Shown here one piece after another: positions 52,490 to 64,000 of a DNA stretch of 64,000 nucleotides. This DNA comes from Octopus bimaculoides (taxonomy: Eukaryota): positions 65,287,026-65,351,025 of the forward strand of contig NC_068991.1 in the NCBI RefSeq assembly GCF_001194135.2. The letters run 5' to 3'. The translations under genes were made by a program, and so were the position numbers. The notes under the pieces are model-generated. The model made no database searches. It saw nothing but the letters and a program-made list of their open reading frames with translations, and had not been told where the DNA came from. How positions within the stretch are numbered: position 1 is the first letter of the stretch; every line of letters begins with the position of its first letter.

Positions 52490-52680
52490 GAAATCTGGGG
52501 TGAGTGGTCAAGTTGATTATATCGACCCCAGCGCTCTGCTGGTACTTAATTTTTATCAACCTTGAAAGGACGACAGGCAAAAATCAACCTTGGCAGAATC
52601 TGAACTCAGAATGGAAAGCCAGAAGAAATGCCACTAAGAATTTTGTCTTGCATGCTAATGAATCTACCAGTTTGCTGTCT
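52490..52680 (-). mobile_element. SINE family B
   Basis: Reverse complement of the family B body and head. Confidence 0.75.
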
Positions 52681-52739
52681 TAAGATTGAAACAAATAATG
52701 ATTTGTCTAAGAGAAAATAGAATATGAAAAATTGAATTC

Positions 52740-53275
52740 ATCAGTATTTAATGTTCACTTACCCATGCTTTCATGGGATGGACAGAATTTGTTGAGGCAG
52801 ATTTTTCTACAGTTGGATGCCCTTCCTGTTGCTAACCCTCATCTGTTTTCCAAATAAGGCAATATTTTTCCCATAGGAAAACATGTTTTACATGAAGGAT
52901 GGACAGAATTTGTTGAGGCAGATTTTTCTACAGCTGAATGCCCTTCCTGTTGCTAACCCTCATCTGTTTTCCAAATAAGGCAATATTTTTCCCATAGGAA
53001 AACATGTTTTTCATGAAAAACTGGAAATGGCAACTTCAACTTGGAAGATAATGATACTTATTTACAACTATCACAAGATGTCTAGACAAAGGCACACAAA
53101 AACATAAATACATACATATATGACAGGCTTCTTTGAGTTTTGGTCTAGCAAATCCACTCACAAGGCTTTGGTCAACCCAAGCTTATAGTAGAAGTTGTTT
53201 ACCCAAGGTGCTGTGTAGCGGGACAGAACCCAAGAACACATGGTTGGGATGCAAGATTTTTAACCACACAGCAGT
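52740..53275 (-). mobile_element. SINE family A with RTE-like tail containing a 121-bp tandem duplication
   Basis: GGATGGACAGAATTTGTTGAGGCAG... starts at 52776 and again at 52897. Confidence 0.83.
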
Positions 53276-53594
53276 CTAAACCAACAGCCACTCTGCTCCA
53301 TGTTCCCCCTTCTCTGTTAGGAGGCACAAGCACTTACACCCACATGTACACACTTCTGCCTACCAAAATCAATCACAAGGCTTTGGTCAGCCAAAAGCTA
53401 TAGCAGAAAACACTTGCCCAAGGTGCCATGTGTTTTAAATTCAATGAAACAGCTTTGACTATCATAATTCTAAAATGTCATCCAGAGAGACCTGCTGTCA
53501 TAATATTTTATGTATGGGATGTTACAAAGAAAGTAGAAAAAATATGAGGCCAGATGAAAAAATATGCATGCATGTACGTACGTACATATGTGTG

Positions 53595-53647
<53 letters not shown>

Positions 53648-53974
53648 TTATATGTATGTATGTGTGTGTACAAACTTACATACATTTTCCCAGCAAGAAG
53701 ATATCTCTTAAACTTCTGTCTTTCTTTAACTTCCTCCAGGAAACCTTGCCATAATTTACCTCATTGCATTTTTCAAAACATTTTTATTTATTTCAGCATT
53801 CTAAAGTTCCATAAAATAAGCTGACAGTTGGAGTCTGGACAGCTCCCTGTTAGTCAACTCAACGTCAAACCACTCGTATATATCTTTTAATTTTCTTCTA
53901 AGAATGTAAATTAATTTAGTGAAACTAATTTTTAAAAATTATTTCCTCTTTCTGCAATCTGCTAAGAATTATCT

Positions 53975-54340
53975 TTTGTTTCAGTTATTGGAATGTGGCC
54001 AAGCTGGGGCAACACTTTGAAGGGTTTTAGTTGAACAAATCAACCCCAGTACTTATATTTTAAAGTCTGGTACTTTATTAGTCACTTTTGTCAAACTGAT
54101 AAGTTATGGGGACATCAACAAAACAATGGTTGTCAAGTGGTGGTGACAAACACAAAGACACACATATGTGTATGCATATATATCCAATGGGTGTCTTTCA
54201 GGTCCTATCTACTAAATCCACTCAGTTGGCTTGGGGCAATAGTAGAAGACACTTGCCCAAGGTGCCACGCAGTGGGACTGAACCCGGAACCATGTGGTTG
54301 GTAAGCAAGCTACTTACCACACAGCCACTCCTGCGCCTAT
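53975..54340 (-). mobile_element. SINE family A, full length, well-preserved head
   Basis: Head reverse complement ...accacacagccactcctgcgcctat at ~54315-54340. Confidence 0.86.
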
Positions 54341-55154
54341 GGTTAATTATATTTTAAATTATACATACATCTCCACACTAAAAAGATAGATTTATAAAAG
54401 ACTTCAGTTCAATCCTGTATCAAGTTAGTTTCAGCAGTATATATTTATTAGAACTGATAACAAAATCATAGTTTGATTTCACGAGAGACAACCTACTAAG
54501 TGATGTTAGACTTTTTCCATGCAAGAAAAGTTTAAAACTTCTTAAGGGAGTCAATATAGGTTCTTTCTGATCATGGACATAGATAACATTAACCAATTAC
54601 TGCAGCAGCAATAGGAAATTCTGCATGAAGTTATTGTAATATTTCCAATGACATCTCAATTGTTTTTAATTGTTTATTTTTTTTCTTAAGCCAGTCAAAG
54701 ACACATCTGAAACTTGACCACCTTGCTGTATCAAGTCCACAAGTTGCCTACTTGTTGCTTAACTAGAAAGAAATAGCAGCCACTAAAACCATACCCTACC
54801 GTTTTAGACAAGTCTGATTCCACTTAAAAAGCACCCATGCCAGTGCAGCATAAATACAGTCATACTGGTGACACATAGAAAACACCTATCATACTCCGTT
54901 AAGTGGTTGGTACTAGAAAGGGCATCCAGCCGTAGAAACCTTGCCACAACAGACAGTCGGGGTCTGGACAGCTCCCTGCTAGCCAGCTCCATGTCAAATC
55001 ATCCAAGCCACGGAAAGCAGACATTAAGCAATGATGATGATGAGACATGATGGCGAATATGGTCCTGGGTTTGTGTGAAAGAAAAAGAGGGAATGATCAT
55101 ATCTGGAATACCTTTGATCACAAGTCTACTTGATCAGAGCTAACATAATATTAA

Positions 55155-55373
55155 CCCTTTAGTATTCAGATTATTCTGTGAAATGCAATGTTTATTTATT
55201 CAAATCGTTTTGAATTAATCATGTGTTATCTCAGAGCTTTGAGATTTTAACAATGTGATTGTTTATTTTAGAAGGACATTGTAGCATAGGTGTGAGAGGC
55301 CAGATCTTGTTACTTTTGACATAAAATAGGTAATACATTTGGGTTGGACATGGCTGGTTGAAATGCTAAAGGG
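55155..55373 (-). mobile_element. piggyBac-type MITE, family CCCTTTAGCATT
   Basis: TTAA on both flanks. Confidence 0.86.
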
Positions 55374-55805
55374 TTAAACAAGAACTTACCACATAGCTTC
55401 TCAAATATAGCTGGGGATAAAATATTAGATCCCAAGAGGGTGTACGGGTAGATTTCAACCACTAAATGACTATGTACCTTATGTTTCCATACCTCTGAAT
55501 GAGGATAGTTCATATAAAGAAGTGGTTTACTTATTAAACATTCACTGCCGCCCACTATAGCAGTTATGTATTTTCTCTTCAAGACCTACTCTGATTATAC
55601 AAAATTACTACAGCTAACGAACAGGCATTTTGACATTCATAACTGGTAAACACTGAAGGACCAAACCTATAAGCTGCAGGCCTATTATAGCAATCTTTAT
55701 CTAGACTGCCTCCAACCTCAATCATCCCTCCTCCAGCAATTGTAGAACACTTCAACCTTTAACCTACTTCTCCCAAATTTACCACTGCCAGTTTATTTTT
55801 TGTCC

Positions 55806-55841
<36 letters not shown>

Positions 55842-56790
55842 ATATCAATTTCAATCAACGAGATTGAAAGGCTGTTGGCTTTGGCAACCAGACATTTGTA
55901 ATCTATTAAACAAAGAAGCATTGTTTTGAATTGGATCCAGAACACATATGATTCAGGAAAGTGTAGCTTTACTCTCATATAAGAAATAGAAATGTCAGTT
56001 GTTAAAAAAGCACATTTCTTATACATTATTATCCCCTACAAACATACAGGAGTACCGATGTAAAAATATAAATACTTTTTGAGACCAAACAAGTTTAGAA
56101 TGTTTGTTCCCTATATATTTCTCACAAATCTCCTTACTATCTTCATGTAGTCATCTATCATTCTTTCTCTTCCTTTATTCTCTCTTCTACCATTCTCTCA
56201 TTCTGCTTCTCTTCCATTATGTCTTCCTCTTATCTATCTCTCTCTCTCTTGTTCTGATTCTCTTTCCTCACTCACTATACTTCTGCCAAGAATGAGACAT
56301 CATAGAGTAGCCTTACTGTGGGCAAGGTAACCTCTCTAGTGCTGGAGTCACAATAAAATGCATAGTCTACGTTTTGTAAAGTGACTGGCAATAGGAAGAG
56401 TATCCAGCCATCATATACACTATGCCAAAAATAGAATATACAAGTGAGATGTCCTTGACCCATCTAAGGGAACAGTAATTCTAAAGTGACTTAGACTGTG
56501 AGGATTGTTGTGGACATATCTATGCCAGCATAGAAAAAGACAACAAAGATGACATTATGTTCTCTCCCTCTCTCTCTCTCTCTCACACGGATAGAGATTA
56601 ATAGTTGATACAATTGAGAACTTAGAATTAAACTGTTGGAGTAAGAAAAAGTTCTTTTTGATTTATTAGAGAAGTGTAACACACACACACACACACACAA
56701 ATACAGACACTGATATTAGTAAATACGCATGGAATTGAAATAATTCTAAGTTAATTCTACAGTTAAAATACTTCTTCAAAAACCCAAAAT

Positions 56791-57197
56791 CATCATCATC
56801 ATCGTTTAACGTCCGCTTTCCATGCTAGCATGGGTTGGACGATTTGACTGAGGACTGGTGAAACCAGATGGCTACACCAGGCTCCAATCNNNNNNNNNNT
56901 GGCAGAGTTTCTACAGCTGGATGCCCTTCCTAACGCCAACCACTCAGAGAGTGTAGTGGGTGCTTTTACGTGCCACCCGCACGAAAACGGCCACGCTCGA
57001 AATGGTGTCTTTTATGTGCCACCCGCACAAGAGCCAGTCCAGGGGCACTGGCAACGATCTCACTCGAAAATCCTACGGGAGCCAGTCAGGCGGTACTGGC
57101 AACGGTCACGCTCAAAATGGTGCATCTCATGTGCCTCCCGCACAAGAGCCAGTCCAGGGGCACTGGCAACGATCTTACTTGGCTTGCCGGGTCTTCT
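56791..57197 (-). mobile_element. 5'-truncated RTE 3' UTR copy (same family as 32718-33316)
   Basis: Near-identical to 32730-33135; 8-bp TSD CCCAAAAT (56783-56790, 57198-57205); contains a 10-N gap at 56890-56899. Confidence 0.9.
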
Positions 57198-57596
57198 CCC
57201 AAAATGTTAGTAAAAAAACAAAAAACAACACAGATCTACATTAAACTTTCTAATTAGAGATGATACAGTGTCATGGTTTACACAAAAGTTGTTACCAAAA
57301 CATATGAGTATTTAGAAATACTTTTCATGTTTTATCCTAATTTTGTTTCCATCTTTTAGTCAAAAACGAGAAAGGTATTCTAGCCAGTGTTTTGGCAACA
57401 ACTGGATTCCACTGAAGATATCCAACATGCCAAGTGATGGTGAACTACTCTACATCAATACTTCCGGTTTATTATCTGTCAGTAATTTTGACAATATTGA
57501 CAACTTTAGCAATATTTTAATGACAAAAATTGAAAACCCATTAATATGGTACACCAATACAAACATGTTTTATAAAGTAAAACTGCCAAAATAATA

Positions 57597-57795
57597 ATCC
57601 TTTCTACTATAGGCACAAGGCCTGAAATTTTTGGAGGGTGGGGGCTAGTCGATTACTGGTACTTGTTTTACTGACTCCAAAGGAATGAAAGGAAAAGTCA
57701 ACCTTGGTGTAATTTGAACTTAGAATGTAAAGACAACAGATGAAATGTCACTAAGTATTTTGCCTGGTGTGCCAACGATTCTACCAGCTCACTGC
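57597..57795 (-). mobile_element. SINE family B
   Basis: Begins aataatcctttctactataggcacaaggcc (reverse tail). Confidence 0.8.
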
Positions 57796-58283
57796 TTTAC
57801 TGACCCAAATAACAATAATCCAATTTCAGAAACTACTTTCATTGGTTTTTTAATTAAAAAAAAAAATGCGGATTTCAGTAATCCCTGTAATTAGCTTTAT
57901 CTTTCTTGATTGTAAATTAATTCACACCATGGAATTGAGCGAGTGTTAACACACATAATGCAAGGACCATTAAAAAGGTAACTTGAAATAATAATGCATG
58001 GAGGAAAACAAAACCCAAACAACATTAGTCAGTGACTAATATTATTTTAGGTAAATTGGGAAAAATGTGAGACAACTCTGGACATGTCCTAATCTTATTA
58101 TGACCTCATTAGCATGACACAGATTTCACTGTGCACGCTGAAAAAATGATGCAAGTATTAGTAAATAAATGTATAAGTTTGTACACCAAGTGGTGTAGAA
58201 AAAGCTGTTTGTTTAGATGGATTTCATCAAATTTGGCACTATATTTGTTTATTTTCTTTGAGATGAGAAATCAATAAAGTACA

Positions 58284-58325
<42 letters not shown>

Positions 58326-58510
58326 CACGTGTCGTCTAAAAGACCATAAGTCAGGGAAAAGATGCCCACGTAGTAGAACGGGCATATTATCCAAAATGTA
58401 TAGTATTAAATATCCATCATGGCTGGTCGGTCTTACCAATTGGTTTTGTGTAAAGAACACAAAGGAATCAGTTTGTTACCTAACACTCCATTGTATTCTT
58501 TATGCAAAAC

Positions 58511-58856
58511 NNNNNNNNNNNNNNNNNNNNNNNNNNNNNNNNNNNNNNNNNNNNNNNNNNNNNNNNNNNNNNNNNNNNNNNNNNNNNNNNNNNNNNNNNN
58601 NNNNNNNNNNNNNNNNNNNNNNNNNNNNNNNNNNNNNNNNNNNNNNNNNNNNNNNNNNNNNNNNNNNNNNNNNNNNNNNNNNNNNNNNNNNNNNNNNNNN
58701 NNNNNNNNNNNNNNNNNNNNNNNNNNNNNNNNNNNNNNNNNNNNNNNNNNNNNNNNNNNNNNNNNNNNNNNNNNNNNNNNNNNNNNNNNNNNNNNNNNNN
58801 NNNNNNNNNNNNNNNNNNNNNNNNNNNNNNNNNNNNNNNNNNNNNNNNNNNNNNNN
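58511..58856. other. Assembly gap
   Basis: 346 N, followed by (TA)n. Confidence 1.
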
Positions 58857-59259
58857 ATATATATATATATGTATATATACACACAATTGTGTCAATATAT
58901 ATATACAGACACACACACACTTGTGTCATACGTCACAAAATTTGTAAGGCAATATCTGAACTTAAAAGACATGCTAGTTCACAAAAACATTTCTTCAGAA
59001 TCAGATTCCAAAGGGCAAAGATGTAGAAGAAACTTTAATAATATCTGTCACTTGTGTTTTAAACCCTGTCAGTCAGCAGCTGGTCTTAAAAGTCATCTAT
59101 GGGCTCATCAACAGAGGGATTGTGCTGTGTCATGGGGTGTGGTGTGTGTGTTGATGGGATGGCTTTCATCTGTCAAGATGAAGCATCATCATATATATAC
59201 ATATATAGTCCAACCCATGCCAGCATGGAAGGCAGATGCTAAATGATGATGATGACGAT

Positions 59260-59430
59260 ATATATATGACAGGTTTTTTCCAGTTTCCCTTCTATCAAAT
59301 CCACTCACAAGGCTTTAGTCGGCCGAAAACTATAGCAGAAGACACTTTCCCAAGTTGCCATGCAGTAGGACTGAATCTGGAACCATGTGGTTGGAAGGTA
59401 AACTTTTTACCATACAGCTATGCCAGCGCC
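59260..59430 (-). mobile_element. SINE family A head and body
   Basis: Reverse orientation; a similar partial copy runs off the window end at ~63925-64000. Confidence 0.75.
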
Positions 59431-59775
59431 TTGATAATTTCTACTTAAACTAGTTATATTTGCTCAAAGAATTTCTTTTGCAAGAGGCAATAGCTACTTG
59501 ATTAGATAATATGAATTCATTCTCTCCAACCCTTGTCTAATATTGGAAGTCTTTTTGGGTGGTGGAATGGGGTAATGTTAAAGACAGAGATGACAGCAGT
59601 AAGCTCTCTCTCCCCACACATAAATCAATGAACTGTTGAAAGATGGTTGAAAGCTATGTTGAAGCCAATATTATCCCACATGTTTTGATCACATTGCAGT
59701 ATTGTGCTGTACATCACACTGCATGTAAGGGTTTGGTGAGTGCATAAATCAGAAATGGACAGAAATCATGTAGAT

Positions 59776-60077
59776 CAATGGTTCTCAACCATTTTTTGTT
59801 TTTTGCCTACAGACCTCTTTGATTCCTATTTTACACTATTGGACCCTCACAGCTATTCACTGTATGTAAAAAGATCTTACTATGTTTTTATAATTAAATA
59901 TTATCAGGAATTGTATTAAAGAAATATTCTTATTTGTTTTATTATTTACTTATTTGCTTGTTTCAGTCAATAGACTGCAGCCATGCTGGGACAGTGTGTT
60001 TTGTAAAAGTATAACCAATCTACAACACATAAATTTTAACAATAAAATCTTATATGGGTCCCAGTTGAAAATCATTG
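59776..60077. mobile_element. Old hAT-type MITE
   Basis: TIR CAATGGTTCTCAAC vs reverse complement CAATGATTTTCAAC (12/14); TSD degenerate. Confidence 0.6.
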
Positions 60078-62163
60078 ATTCGGATTATTTCTTATGAGCA
60101 AGAGTCTAGCTGACAAATAATGACTTCTAACTTGATCACAACTTCTTGAGGTAGAGGGTAATCGATCAAAGCGATACTGGTACTCATTTTATAGACTCAA
60201 GTAAAGATTCAAGGCTAAGTCAATATTGGCGGAATTTGAAACCAACGCAAATAGAAATAGCGATAACATTGATTTCTAACGGACACAAGGTCTCGATCCG
60301 AAGGGGTAAATTCAATTATAATCAACCACAGTACTTGACCAGTATTAGGTGGAAATCAAAGTTGGCCTCGTCGGGATTTGAACTTAAAACGCAAAAAGGC
60401 GATAACTAAACAATGTAAGACAATCATATTAGTTTCTTAAAGTTTAAGAGTGAATGAAGGGTATGGAAATAGGTTGATTGTCCTACATGACGTCTCAACG
60501 CCTGTGAATAGAAATATTGTGTTCCGTAATCGGTGGTCGAAATTAGGTCGCTGGCATAGTTCGAAGAGTGCGTCTTTCTTCTGCACTGCGGCGTTCACCC
60601 AGGAACAACCAAAAAGTCAATATCGATGATGATCGTTGTCATCACAATCACCGCCGTGACGATTATTATTATCATAACTAGACACCACCACCATCATCAT
60701 CATCACTTACATAACGTAATGCATAAAACATCCCGTGTCTATAGGAATTTATTTAGAACACACACATACACGCAAAGTAATTTAACAACTGCCAACGTTA
60801 ATTGAAACGAATAAAAAAATGAGTAGGAAGTATAGGGACATCAATAGATTAAATATGTTAAATGAATATATGTATGTGTATACATATATGTTATGACAGC
60901 TTAAGTAAACTTGTAAATATTGTTTGACATTCTTCCTTATCTTGTGCACACATGTGAAAAATAACCGATTGAAGTCGTTACAGATTGTTTCCAATTATTT
61001 TAAGGAGCGTCACATTCAAATCTAGTTTGAAAAGTAGATTACCGGATTTTTTGTGAGAGCTGGTAACAAGATTTATAGCGAGATTAGATTAGATAAGGGG
61101 ATCTGTATGTAATAAGATGAAGTTTATAAAGAGGCATGGGAAGATTCATAGGGATCTAAAGGAATTTATAGGTGAAATTTACAAGCCTGAAAGCTTAAAT
61201 GTTGAGGAATTTCAAGATTCGCAGAGAGATTGATAAAAGGCCAAGTGCTCAGATATTGACATTTACAAAAGGAATTTAGAAACGAGGAACATGGTAGAAT
61301 TTATCAACGGAATAAGGAGATCTACAGCATTTTGTAACATATTCAAATATATAGATTTTATGGGGTTTCTGGCTTTTTTCTTTATACTAGGCACATAAAC
61401 AAATTGATCGACAGAAAAGACTGCAATATTAGAGGTGCTTAATTTCATTGATCCAGCGGTATATTATTGGTACTTTTATCGATTAAAATAGTATGACTTG
61501 TAGTTATTCCATCGACTGCAAGATATTATTGGTAAATTATTTCATCGGTACAAAATTGATGATGGCGGAATTTGAACACAAGAGATAGCTGTATTAAACT
61601 AAATAAAATACAGACAACAACAGAGGCGTTCTCAACCGTTATCGCCATTTCCAAAATCTCAAATGAATGGATTGACCAATTCGTTATATTGAAAACATAA
61701 CTGTTCTAATTTTATCTGCTTTTAATCCATTTTTTTTTGCGTATATCTCGAGTCTTTATAGTTTGTCCGGACAGTTAAGTTTTTAAAGAAAAAAAATTAA
61801 AACACAGTCGTGATTTCAATAAATTTTAACCGAAAAGTTGTTCCCCATGCATAACCAGTTCTTATATACAGAATGGTATTCGGGGGCAAAATATCAAGTT
61901 ATCAGTTAAGTTTGTTGAGAAATAAAATTATAAATTCTTATATAAATAATAAGGCATGATATCATTAAGTAATGTTGCACAGTTTTAGGTAAATCGCATT
62001 TTATGTTCGGATAAGACTTGCAGTGTCGACTTCCAAGAAGTTCCGGAATTTACAGAGAATCAATGAAATGGGATCAGTGACAGGTTGAAGGAATTCGGTG
62101 AGGTTGAGATCGATGTTTGGACTAGAGAAACATCAAAACTAAAATAAATCTAATCTCGACTCA

Positions 62164-62280
62164 TTGATAAAACCTGTCGAGATAGGATAGACAGATAGTT
62201 TATTTGATAAAACCTGTCGAGATAGGATAGACAGATAGTTTATTTGATAAAACCTGTCGAGATAGGATAGATAGATAGAT
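62164..62280. repeat. 40-bp tandem repeat x~3 (TTGATAAAACCTGTCGAGATAGGATAGACAGATAGTTTAT) decaying into (GATA)n
   Basis: Units start at 62164, 62204 and 62244; the first two are identical. Confidence 0.95.
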
Positions 62281-62330
62281 AGATATAACGAAGTGAAGAA
62301 AGGAGTTTATCGATGCTGGTTCGCACCTAC

Positions 62331-62516
62331 CTTACAATATTCACAGTAGCCGCAAACTGAACCCCGAGCATATTCAATTTTTTCCTCGTCTACTTGAACT
62401 TTTTCCTCTGTATCTTTTGCCTCTGAACTCTGTTCTTTCACATCAGCTTCGGCTTTAATTAGATTTAATAAACAAACCAGAAACAAGAAACCTGCGAGAA
62501 GATTGCGGGACAACAT
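62331..62516 (-). CDS. HRC: HRC-like Cys-rich ER/SR lumenal protein, coding exon 1 (aa 1-62: signal peptide, acidic linker, first 3 Cys of the domain)
   Basis: ATG at 62516-62514 (context aagcATG; the track's start at 62546 is a TTG). Translates MLSRNLLAGFLFLVCLLNLIKAEADVKEQSSEAKDTEEKVQVDEEKIEYARGSVCGYCEYCK; donor AAG|GTAGGT; 186 nt, phase 0. The symbol reflects domain homology, not proven orthology. Confidence 0.9.
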
Positions 62517-62519
62517 GCT

Positions 62520-62700
62520 TTCAGAATGTTCCTCGGCAACTGACAACTGTGTAGTAGTACGGGGTTATCTCCCTCTTTTTGTTTTTTGTCAGCGCTTCAC
62601 TGCAATGCTTGTTCAAGTGTTTAACCAGTGCCAGTTAACGTGGGTTGTTTCGATTGGCTGCTATCTGGCACCTCGCCGAGCTGACTCAAGCGATTTTATG
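62520..62700 (-). promoter_or_regulatory. Probable promoter/5' UTR of the HRC-like gene
   Basis: CpG-retaining, non-repetitive sequence upstream of the ATG; Inr-like TCAGTT at 62543-62538 and CCAAT at 62657-62653 on the minus strand. TSS not determinable from sequence. Confidence 0.45.
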
Positions 62701-64000
62701 TTAATCATAGTAGATTTGAAAATAACTATTTAGCTAGTCTTTCTTAACCTCTTTTTTGTTTTTCTAGTCCCGTCTACATATAAGAAAAATGTAGTCTGGT
62801 ATGCAACACAATTTATTGTATAAAATTAGCGGTAGCCTCCTCCAAAAATAAATTTAGCAAAAATAGTGTGATAAAAATAATTTCCACATGGGATTCCCCT
62901 AAATTTCGCTGCTTGTTATGAATGGCAGACTTGGATGAAAACCGGAAATTAATTAGCTAGATATCTGAATGAGGCCAGTTAAAAGATATTGGTAATGATG
63001 GAAGGCTTCTTACCTGAGTAATTAATGTTCTATAGAGCTTTAGTTTGTTACAGTCACGGCCATGGTAGAATACTGCCATCAATCGCTGTTCTTGTTCTTT
63101 AATCCCAGGTCAATCTGAGTGATCAAACCTATGATTAATGGCTCTCTAGCCATGACCATCATGCTATATTTTCAGATATGGTTTGGAGGGATTTTGGTTA
63201 GCTGGGGGTTGAATGATTTGTTGGGTTGAATTTCGCTGTGTGCGGTTTCCTAAATACATCCAAGTCCATTTTAAATTTTTGATAAGTCTGTTCATTTGGA
63301 CATAAGCTTTTCTATATTTACAATGCTTACTTGCTTGAGGTTGTATCATTGTTTGCCAGTACGGAATCATAAATATATGATGTGTTTGTGGCTAAGTATT
63401 AAACTAGTACTTATTCATGTTGTGAGAGGTGGGAAAATTATACGTTCATGGCAGACAAATGATTCTATTTAACCCAGGATCGAGCAGAAACCAAAAGAAC
63501 CTGTCTTCTCACTAACTGCTTATACCTCTCTCTTTTGATTCTGGTACACAACTTGATTTATAAGCAAGCGTTTGTAGAAAGTTATGGAAAATTCCACTTG
63601 AAATCATACATTTGAATGATTACAGCTGAAATATTATGTGCTGACCCATAGGCTGACATTGGCCGATCTGGTGTGGCCTATCTCTCATTACTGAGCTAAT
63701 ACAATTCCAATTCTGCACTTCACTACAATAGTATATCTAATGCTACATTATCCAATATTCCTTGTTCAAGATGGTAGGTGTAATCTACTGCTATATCTTG
63801 CAGGCTCTGTGACCACTTGGGTGCTTCCTTTATTGATGAACAAGAATAAATTTATTTTTGTTATTTAGAGGTTCATAATTGTTAGAAATTTCATACCTAG
63901 AATTATTATTATATACATATATATATATATAATGGGATTCATTCAGTTTCTGTTTACCAAATCCACTCACAAGGCTTTGGTCAGCCTGAGGCTATAGTAG

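Noticed and set aside
58321-59246. Long ORFs spanning N runs (also 4103-4486 and 34098-34541)
   Set aside because: Artefacts of translating assembly gaps.
61117-61233. 38-aa plus-strand ORF containing IHRDLK (kinase catalytic-loop-like)
   Set aside because: The motif is not followed by xxN, there are no other kinase subdomains or convincing splice sites, and it lies antisense in intron 1; treated as chance.
62517-62546. N-terminal extension MSVAEEHSES given by the ORF track
   Set aside because: It starts at TTG; the first ATG (62516) directly precedes the signal peptide.

Overview
AT-rich, repeat-dense eukaryotic genomic DNA. The SINE families and microsatellites look like those of an octopus/coleoid cephalopod (recognition from memory, not a database search). 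One complete protein-coding gene can be assembled by hand on the minus strand, with five coding exons: 62516-62331, 47610-47539, 47041-46987, 44723-44687 and 42715-42628. All introns are GT-AG, with phases 0, 0, 1, 2. The product is 145 aa: MLSRNLLAGFLFLVCLLNLIKAEADVKEQSSEAKDTEEKVQVDEEKIEYARGSVCGYCEYCKFCTLCDKDCPCSVSPQKPNCEMCKYCKYCYLCSAVCDTFCKPGGYVDKVSAAIISALPFHDTKEINKDIHSMKKWIDKTKEEL. It has a signal peptide, a short acidic linker, a 14-cysteine domain matching the C-terminal Cys-rich domain of vertebrate sarcoplasmic reticulum histidine-rich calcium-binding protein (HRC), and a KEEL ER-retention tail, but no His-rich repeats. The supplied ORF track shows only exons 1-2. The rest of the window is mostly mobile DNA: at least three tRNA-derived SINE families, RTE/CR1 LINE remnants, a deleted mariner, hAT- and piggyBac-type MITEs, a Helitron-like element carrying a 50-bp minisatellite with a 199-bp higher-order repeat, a long foldback, and an inverted-repeat element containing outward-facing TTAGGG tracts. 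A CpG-depleted domain extends far beyond the HRC-like gene and may hide a second, convergent transcription unit (low confidence). There are five assembly gaps. Most short ORFs in the track are repeat or microsatellite artefacts. Coordinates of old repeat copies are approximate; exon, TIR and TSD coordinates were indexed base by base.
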